A stretch of 64,000 bases of DNA from NCBI GenBank assembly GCA_030603365.1, contig JAUVXV010000007.1, positions 64,001 through 128,000 on the forward strand, written 5' to 3'. The stretch comes from Candidatus Heimdallarchaeota archaeon. GTDB taxonomy: Archaea; Asgardarchaeota; Heimdallarchaeia; Heimdallarchaeales; Heimdallarchaeaceae. This document shows positions 57,472-64,000 of this stretch, piece after piece (the stretch's first letter is position 1; each line of letters begins with the position of its first letter). The notes under the pieces were generated by a model. That model did not search any database, was not told the origin of the DNA, and saw only the letters and a program-made list of their open reading frames with translations. Both the position numbers and the translations under genes were made by a program.

Positions 57472-58367
57472 AAGCTGATGATGTAAAACAAGTAACCGTT
57501 ATATCTGGTAAAGGAGGAACAGGTAAGAGTTCAATTATCGCATCTCTAGCCAGACTGCTCCAAGACAGTATTATTCTAGCAGATGCTGATGTAGATGCAG
57601 CTGATCTTTATCTGATTTTTCCACCAAAAAAAACAGAATCCTTTGATTATTTTGGACTAAAAACTGCAGAAACTGATAAGGAGATATGTATAGATTGTGG
57701 AAAATGCAGGGACAGTTGCAGATTTGATGCTATTAATGAAGATTTTACAATAAATCCAATCAAATGTGAGGGTTGTTCATTCTGTTATCATGTATGTCCT
57801 GTTTCTGCGATAACAATGAAAGACACTTTATCTGGTCAGTATTTCATTTCTAGAACAAGAATTGGAGATATGGTTCATGCAAGGCTAAATCCTGGAGAAG
57901 AAAGTTCAGGATTACTGGTTGCTGAAGTTCGTAAGACAGCTAAGAGGGTAGCTGCAGAACAGGAAAGGAAACTGGTTCTCATAGATGGTTCGCCAGGAAT
58001 AGGTTGTCCTGTAATTAGCTCTCTAATTGGCACAGACTTTGCTCTTGTAATAGCAGAACCTACAGTTTCTGGACATCATGATCTGGACAGAATCTTGCAG
58101 TTGTTAAATGAGTTTAAAATACCTGGTTTCATTATAATTAACAGAAGCAATATCAATGATGATATTTCAAAGAAAATTGAGGAAGAATTTCAATCAACCT
58201 TCCCAGTAATAGGAAAAATCCCATATAATCCAATATTCGTTAAAGCTATGTTAGAGAAGAAATCAGTGGTAGAAATGGATTCTGATAATGAAGATGTTCT
58301 TGCAATTCAAAATACATTAGAAAAATTTAGTAATCTAATTTTAGAAAAACTAAAAATTAGCAAGTAA
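57468..58367 (+). CDS. MinD-superfamily P-loop ATPase with inserted 2x[4Fe-4S] domain, second subunit
   Basis: SGKGGTGKSS, DADVDAADL, CIDCGKC...C, CEGCSFC...CP, DGSPGIGCPVI. Confidence 0.9.
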   Translation: MKADDVKQVTVISGKGGTGKSSIIASLARLLQDSIILADADVDAADLYLIFPPKKTESFDYFGLKTAETDKEICIDCGKCRDSCRFDAINEDFTINPIKCEGCSFCYHVCPVSAITMKDTLSGQYFISRTRIGDMVHARLNPGEESSGLLVAEVRKTAKRVAAEQERKLVLIDGSPGIGCPVISSLIGTDFALVIAEPTVSGHHDLDRILQLLNEFKIPGFIIINRSNINDDISKKIEEEFQSTFPVIGKIPYNPIFVKAMLEKKSVVEMDSDNEDVLAIQNTLEKFSNLILEKLKISK

Positions 58368-58396
58368 ACTTATAGATTACTACATTATTTTTCTTT

Positions 58397-59227
58397 ATGG
58401 AACATAAGGAAGATTATTTTATTGGAGGAAAAAATTACAAGCTTTTCTACCAATCCTGGATACCCGTCAATCCAAAAGCCATTATACAAATCATCCATGG
58501 TGGTGTCGAACACGTTGGGAGATACAAACATCTTGTTGCGTACCTAACATCCAAAGGATTTGCGGTTTATGGAAATGATCATCGTGGTCACGGTAAAAGT
58601 GAAGGAAGAAGGAATCACATCAAAAGTTTAGATGAGTTTGTAGAAGATTGTTATCTTTTAACAAAAATAATTCAAGACAACCATAAGGGTGTTCTTATTT
58701 TTGTAATCGGTCACTCTATGGGATCATTAGTAGCACAAAGATTTGCTATTAAGTATCAGAATGAATTGAAGGGATTAGTTCTATCAGGATCAGGTACAAG
58801 AATACCTCCTTTACCTGCAATTTTAAATGTTTTTGCCCGAATAATGGCTAAAATTTGGCCAACATTTAAAGGTCCAGCAGGAATAATTCCAGAAGAAATA
58901 TCTTCGGACCCCGAATCTGTAGAGGATTATGTTAATGATCCTTTGATCAATTACAAACAAGCTACTGCGGTATATGGATTGAGTCTAATTGACCATTATA
59001 AAGATGTTAAAGATAAAATTAGTTCAATCAAAATTCCAGTTCTTATCCAAAAGGGAGAATTAGATACTATGGTAATAGATTTGGATGAATTAATTACCGA
59101 TTTGAAAGGAACAAAAACTACAGTTAAAATATACAAAGATTCTAAACATGAGATGTATACAGAAACAAAAGATAAGCGTGACGAAGCTTTTTCTGATTTA
59201 GTAGGATGGCTTAATTCTCTTATCTAA
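58397..59227 (+). CDS. Alpha/beta hydrolase, lysophospholipase / monoacylglycerol lipase family
   Basis: HG..EH.GRY, DHRGHGKS, GHSMG, catalytic HE. Confidence 0.9.
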   Translation: MEHKEDYFIGGKNYKLFYQSWIPVNPKAIIQIIHGGVEHVGRYKHLVAYLTSKGFAVYGNDHRGHGKSEGRRNHIKSLDEFVEDCYLLTKIIQDNHKGVLIFVIGHSMGSLVAQRFAIKYQNELKGLVLSGSGTRIPPLPAILNVFARIMAKIWPTFKGPAGIIPEEISSDPESVEDYVNDPLINYKQATAVYGLSLIDHYKDVKDKISSIKIPVLIQKGELDTMVIDLDELITDLKGTKTTVKIYKDSKHEMYTETKDKRDEAFSDLVGWLNSLI

Positions 59228-59234
59228 ATCCTTT

Positions 59235-60407
59235 CTATTCATCTTCAGGACTCGAATATTCTTTTATCAGGAGGCTATCTCCTACATTTATTTTTTCTTC
59301 GTCTTTAGGGAAGAAGAAATACTTACCTTTTTTCATTACAGCTAATATTTGGAAGAAATCATCGGTTTGTTCTGCTTCTTTTACAGATAATCCCACATAT
59401 GGTGAATCCTTTGTTACTGTGAAAGAATCTAAAGATTCAGAAGAGTCATCAACTACTTCTTCAAGTATAGCATATGGTTTATGTCTCATAGTTACATCAA
59501 AAGCTATCTTTATTGCTGCATCAGCTATTTCTTCAAAGGAGTCAGCCATTCTGAGATATGCCAGCAATGTTTTTTCTCCAATTAGATCTTGTTTATAGAG
59601 TCGCAAAACTTCTTGAATTATCTCAAATTGTAATTTGTCAACCTTATCTTCAGTTTGAATAATCAAGGTTTTTACTTCAGGTAAATCTTCAAGAGCATAC
59701 AAATAAGCCAGATCTACAACAAGCTCTGCTGATTCTTTCATAGTTACAAGCAAATCTTGATGGTACTTCAATTTCTCCTTTTTGTGACTTCCTTCATTGG
59801 TTATTATGATTTCCCTAGCTCTTTCAACAGATTCTATATTTCCATTTGCTAACTCGATAAATTGATTAACACTTTCTAATGGTCCGCGGAAAATAAGAAA
59901 ATCACCAGATTTCATAATTTCATCATAGTCCATTAAAAGACCTTCTGTTGGACGGATAATCGCTGCAACATCAATTCCAATCAAATCATGCAAATCAGCT
60001 GTAAGTTCTGAAGCTCCGCATAGCGGAGAACTTTCTTTTAGCTCTACTAAGTCTACTAGTTGATCCATGTGCTGTTGAACAAGTTTGATTTCATCTTCTA
60101 TGTTTATATCCATAAGCACTAAGGATGCCATATCAGCCGCACTGTCAGATATAAGATTGTTAGCCTCACCTATGATATAATAAATCCTGAGCTCTTCAGC
60201 TTGATTTAGGCTTTTAATAGACACAGAAAGTCGGTCAAGTAGATTTCTGTATAAACTATCTATCTTTTCTTCTAGCACTAGAACCTGTCTAGCGACAAGT
60301 TTATCGGAGTAAAGAAGAGATGCAAAGGCTAAATCTACACATATCTCAGAGAGCGTTTTCATCTCAATTAAAATATCTTTCACACTAGTTGGTTCACTAT
60401 CGCTCAT
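59235..60407 (-). CDS. Tandem PhoU + TrkA-C domain protein (ion/phosphate transport regulator)
   Basis: Two repeats of MK..SE..VDLA...L...E.K.D and E.I.DAA, each followed by an SP..G TrkA-C-like domain. Confidence 0.8.
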   Translation of the reverse strand: MSDSEPTSVKDILIEMKTLSEICVDLAFASLLYSDKLVARQVLVLEEKIDSLYRNLLDRLSVSIKSLNQAEELRIYYIIGEANNLISDSAADMASLVLMDINIEDEIKLVQQHMDQLVDLVELKESSPLCGASELTADLHDLIGIDVAAIIRPTEGLLMDYDEIMKSGDFLIFRGPLESVNQFIELANGNIESVERAREIIITNEGSHKKEKLKYHQDLLVTMKESAELVVDLAYLYALEDLPEVKTLIIQTEDKVDKLQFEIIQEVLRLYKQDLIGEKTLLAYLRMADSFEEIADAAIKIAFDVTMRHKPYAILEEVVDDSSESLDSFTVTKDSPYVGLSVKEAEQTDDFFQILAVMKKGKYFFFPKDEEKINVGDSLLIKEYSSPEDE

Positions 60408-60523
60408 TGCTGATCGAACACTCTTTCATAGAATCATAAAAACTAGATAATATCAAGTTTTCGCTTCTAATGAGAATTGAAGAAAATAGATAAAGTTTTT
60501 AAAACAAGGAAATCAGTTCGATT

Positions 60524-61879
60524 GTGGTTAATCAAGAAAATAAGAAAAAGAGATTTTACTTTGAAAGAAATGAGATTCTTTCACTTTTGGGAATTTTCTT
60601 TCTAGGATTTTCCACCGCAATGTTTTCACCTTATGCACCTATTTGGCTAGCGAGAATTTTCGACATAGATTCATACTTCATACTGGGATTTGCTGCTATT
60701 ATACCCAGTTTTGTTATTATTATTGGGACTACAGTTTGGGGAATATTTGCTGATAAATTTGGTAATAAACCATTTGTGCTTTTGGGTCTACTTGGATCAT
60801 CTTTGATGTATTTTACTCTTCTTTTTATTACTAATGCAGTATTCTTTTTGATAGTTCTCTTAATTGGTTATGTCTTTATTTCAGCTCAAACATCTAATTT
60901 TTATTCCTTTGCCACGATAACATCATCGAAGAAAAAAGAGGTCATATTAGGCGAGATTACTGCTACCTTCAGCTTAGCTTGGTTGATTTCAAGTCCTTTA
61001 GCAGCTTTTATTCATGATAATGCTTTTACATTTAGTTTACAATGGTATTCGAGTATTTCATTTGATCAATTAATAACTCATGGTTCTCTAAATCCGACGA
61101 ATGCAATAGCAGCATTTGCAACAAGTCTTTCTAAATTCTTCTCTCCTGAAATAGCAAATAACCCATCACAAGGAGTGCAACTATTTATTGCTGTTTTGAG
61201 TAGTTTGATTGCTTTCATAATTGTTCTTTTCACAAAAGACAAGAAACAAGAAAAGAAGGAGAAACAAGATGTTGAAGAAAGAAAGCAGAAAGGGAAAATC
61301 ACTGATTTTAAGTTAATATTTCTTATCATCATGGTCATAGCCTTTTTCCAACAAGCAACTTCTGGAGGTTTTTGGGCCTATGCATCATTATATTTTATAG
61401 ATACTTTACAAACACCTGCAACGCATTTTGGTTACTTTTTAATTGCTACAACGTCAATAGGAGTTGTACTTGCTCTAGCGTTGGGTAGGATTATAAAAGT
61501 ACATAGAGTAGTGTATAGTATTATTGCTTGTACAACTATTCAGTTAGTTATTTACACGATAATGGCCCTATTTCCAACTAATTCAACAATAGGATTAATA
61601 GTATATAGTTTCCCAATGTATGTCACTTCAAGTATCAGTCTATATAGTTTAGTTGGAACATTCTCGAATAAACTTAGAAGATCAACAGCCTATGGGGTTT
61701 ATAATACTCTAGGAATCACAGGATCGGTTTCAATAGTTCTTTTCATGGGATTATCTGCAGATAAACTCCCTCAAGGAATAATGATATTACCTACTTTTGC
61801 AATGATAACGTCTATTTTTCCGCTTCTATTAGCTATTGTTTTACTAATAATTTTGAAACGTAAGAAAGAATTAATCTGA
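60524..61879 (+). CDS. MFS transporter
   Basis: About 12 TM helices; motif A WGIFADKFGNK. Confidence 0.88.
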   Translation: MVNQENKKKRFYFERNEILSLLGIFFLGFSTAMFSPYAPIWLARIFDIDSYFILGFAAIIPSFVIIIGTTVWGIFADKFGNKPFVLLGLLGSSLMYFTLLFITNAVFFLIVLLIGYVFISAQTSNFYSFATITSSKKKEVILGEITATFSLAWLISSPLAAFIHDNAFTFSLQWYSSISFDQLITHGSLNPTNAIAAFATSLSKFFSPEIANNPSQGVQLFIAVLSSLIAFIIVLFTKDKKQEKKEKQDVEERKQKGKITDFKLIFLIIMVIAFFQQATSGGFWAYASLYFIDTLQTPATHFGYFLIATTSIGVVLALALGRIIKVHRVVYSIIACTTIQLVIYTIMALFPTNSTIGLIVYSFPMYVTSSISLYSLVGTFSNKLRRSTAYGVYNTLGITGSVSIVLFMGLSADKLPQGIMILPTFAMITSIFPLLLAIVLLIILKRKKELI

Positions 61880-61905
61880 AAAAGTTTAAGAAACATATAA
61901 ATAAG

Positions 61906-61944
61906 TGGTCAATAGTGACCAGCAGTTTAAAATTATGTGACCAA
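61906..61944. promoter_or_regulatory. Inverted repeat TGGTCA-N4-TGACCA plus an extra half-site
   Basis: 61906-61921, directly after a TATAAATA box; GTGACCA again at 61938-61944. Confidence 0.55.
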
Positions 61945-61982
61945 TCAAGATTATAATAGAACTAAACTAAGAGGTAAAAAAA

Positions 61983-62327
61983 ATGAACTTAGATAAACTC
62001 GGCGAAAAACTCGGTGAAGAAATCGAGAAAAAAGTTAAAGTTAAAAAAAGCAAAAGCAAGGACATAGACGATCCTGAAGAAATAAGAGAAATCTTAGGGG
62101 TGGTAGCTACTGAAGTTCCTGCCTTGATTAAGAATATATTCACTGCATTATATGATCCTGAAATAGCATCTAGCTATGGACAAGGAATTGTTGAATTGTA
62201 TGCACAGTTGAAAGACAAAGGTATGCCAGAAGATATGGTAAGAGAAATCGTCATGAATTTTTCTAAATCCTTTGATATAGTCGGTAATGCAATGAAGAAT
62301 ATTAAAGTCAGTACTGACGACGACTAG
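61983..62327 (+). CDS. Hypothetical acidic helical protein
   Basis: GAGGT SD; first gene of a three-gene operon. Confidence 0.75.
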   Translation: MNLDKLGEKLGEEIEKKVKVKKSKSKDIDDPEEIREILGVVATEVPALIKNIFTALYDPEIASSYGQGIVELYAQLKDKGMPEDMVREIVMNFSKSFDIVGNAMKNIKVSTDDD

Positions 62328-62352
62328 AGTTATCAATATAGAGGTGTAATAG

Positions 62353-62679
62353 TTGACAAGTAAATTCTGGAACATTCTAGTAGTAATGTATTACATCTCC
62401 TGTTTGATACTTCTATTACCTTTCTTTGGACTTTACATTCTTTTTGCTAATGTGTACAGAAAAGGTAGAAATAAAAGAAAAGTGAAAAGAATTCTCAGAC
62501 GAGGAGGATTACCTAAAGAACTTCGTAAAGGGGTCAGTCAATCTTATAAGAGTATGCTGAAGAGCTTTAGTATAAGAAGTGTTATGAAATCACAAGGTCT
62601 AACCGGTACTTCTGAAGAAGAAAAAGAGAAGTTTGGCTTTGTAAAAACTTTCAAATCGTTTACGGTTAAAGCTGGTTAA
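62353..62679 (+). CDS. Hypothetical single-TM protein
   Basis: GAGGTG SD; N-terminal TM followed by basic region LRRGGLPKEL. Confidence 0.7.
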   Translation: MTSKFWNILVVMYYISCLILLLPFFGLYILFANVYRKGRNKRKVKRILRRGGLPKELRKGVSQSYKSMLKSFSIRSVMKSQGLTGTSEEEKEKFGFVKTFKSFTVKAG

Positions 62680-62680
62680 T

Positions 62681-63148
62681 ATGCCTGAAGAGGAGCAGAA
62701 TCTAGAGGATCGAATGTCAGATTTAGAAGGCAAGATAAATTATGTCATCCTTCAGATAAATAATCTGCAACATAAGGTTTCCGACAGTAATCCAGAATTG
62801 AAACAAATGATGAATTTACTCCAGATTCTAACCTCGACTCTTCAAATTTCTAAGGCTCCTTTTTCAATCATTTCTCAAACTTTATCTCTAAAAGATAGGA
62901 TTTATGACAAGTTCCCTGATTTGAAGTTTGATGCTATTTCTAAAACCATTGTAAATGTATTAGACTCTAAAGGAAGACTCAATATTTCTCAATTGACAGA
63001 GCAGATTAGAAAGGAAAGAGGTTCTGCTTCACGTCGAATTGTAAGAGAGAGAGTAGACAAGTTAATTGAAACAGGTGTAATTCGAGAAGTTGACGATGGA
63101 TATGGAAGGCAAATTGAGCTGATAGAGATAGAAGAAGAAGAAAAATAA
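62681..63148 (+). CDS. Coiled-coil + winged-HTH transcriptional regulator
   Basis: LNISQLT..IR..RGSASRRIVRERV..L...GVI wHTH pattern. Confidence 0.75.
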   Translation: MPEEEQNLEDRMSDLEGKINYVILQINNLQHKVSDSNPELKQMMNLLQILTSTLQISKAPFSIISQTLSLKDRIYDKFPDLKFDAISKTIVNVLDSKGRLNISQLTEQIRKERGSASRRIVRERVDKLIETGVIREVDDGYGRQIELIEIEEEEK

Positions 63149-63151
63149 TTT

Positions 63152-64000
63152 CTATTCCCATACTTCTTTCATAACTCTAAGGAAGTTTTTATGAGTAATT
63201 TTATCCAAGTCCTCTTTACTATAACCATTTAATTCTAAATGTTCAACCAATATTGGAAAGTAGCTAACGTCTTTAACTACATCTGGTACGGTTGCTCCAT
63301 CGTAATCTGAACCGAAACTAATATGATTTACTCCCACAAGATCAACGATATAATCAATATGTTTTCTCATATCTTCTAATTGTATTTCTTCTGTTTTCTT
63401 TGTTGAATGTAGAAATGCTACACAGAAGTTTAAACCAATTGTTCCATTTTTCTCAGCAATTGCTTTGATCTGATCATCTTTCAAATTTCTAAAATGCTCA
63501 CAAACGGCATAAACATTACTGTGCGATGCTATTATGGGTTTATTGGTTTCTTCAATTACATCCCAAAACGAATTGTCATTCAAATGACTGACATCAATAA
63601 TAATTCCCAATTTGTTCATTTCATGGACTAATTCTTTACCTTCAGTAGTTAAACCTCTATCTAGATTATACCCTTCTCCTGTAAGATGGTTATAAGTCAC
63701 TCCAGTTGCAAACCTATTCACATTTGACCAACTCAATCCCATACTACGTAAACCTAATCTATAATAATTTCTTAAATTTATGAAATTTGAATCTAAACCT
63801 CCACACCCTTCAAAATGCAGAATTGCACCTATCTTGTCCTTCTCAAGACACTTTTTAAAATCACTAATATTTTTTATCTGCATCAGTTGATTCTTAGGTT
63901 CTTCTATTAGCTTGAACCATTGATCTACTCCTCTATAAATATCAAAATCACTACATCCAGGAAAAATTGCAAAGAATGCTGCGTCTACACCACCTTTTCT
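63152..64000 (-). CDS. Membrane dipeptidase (peptidase M19), 5' end outside the window
   Basis: Frame open to base 64000 (RKGGVDAAFFAIF...); EG, IIDVSHL, IASHSN, RNLKD, GSDYDG. Confidence 0.92.
   Translation of the reverse strand, partial: RKGGVDAAFFAIFPGCSDFDIYRGVDQWFKLIEEPKNQLMQIKNISDFKKCLEKDKIGAILHFEGCGGLDSNFINLRNYYRLGLRSMGLSWSNVNRFATGVTYNHLTGEGYNLDRGLTTEGKELVHEMNKLGIIIDVSHLNDNSFWDVIEETNKPIIASHSNVYAVCEHFRNLKDDQIKAIAEKNGTIGLNFCVAFLHSTKKTEEIQLEDMRKHIDYIVDLVGVNHISFGSDYDGATVPDVVKDVSYFPILVEHLELNGYSKEDLDKITHKNFLRVMKEVWE

Noticed and set aside
55633-58367. Nitrogen fixation genes
   Set aside because: Only small NifX-fold proteins and MinD-like ATPases; no nifH/D/K motifs.
1350-62375. Numerous 60-165 aa ORFs in the track that overlap longer genes (e.g. 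14011..14445, 17279..17716, 23921..24382, 29419..29751, 57024..57344)
   Set aside because: Antisense or alternate-frame shadows of well-supported genes, with no motifs of their own.
1-64000. CRISPR array, tRNA or rRNA genes, provirus
   Set aside because: No regularly spaced repeats, no GC-rich cloverleaf or rRNA-like tracts, and no integrase, capsid or terminase motifs seen by eye.

Overview
AT-rich archaeal chromosome segment, most likely from an Asgard archaeon (Heimdallarchaeia-like). This is inferred from gene content: an Arf-related small GTPase, many longin/DENN-like domains, TPR-longin fusions, membrane RING proteins and PbH1/NosD-like surface proteins. I saw no rRNA, tRNA or CRISPR array. 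The main candidate system is a minus-strand cluster at 26521-32368: uDENN/longin protein, Arf-family GTPase, abutting 7-TM protein, then two paralogous longin+cDENN (SMCR8/FLCN-like) proteins. It looks like a proto GPCR / G-protein / GAP-GEF module. A single-pass receptor at the left edge carries a cytoplasmic FLCN/SMCR8-type uDENN domain with the ARG arginine-finger motif. Other notable items: an ERG4/ERG24 sterol-reductase homologue; a tnpB-only IS200/IS605-type element (13801-15233) whose exact ends, TTTAT TAM and interrupted host gene can be reconstructed; an operator-flanked operon of three microproteins (two absent from the ORF track) followed by a structured hairpin region; two tandem TldD/TldE pairs; two membrane ZnF-RING paralogues; an ABC permease with an internal stop; and several gene remnants. 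The rest is mostly ordinary metabolism and transport. All family calls come from reading motifs by eye; no database searches were run.
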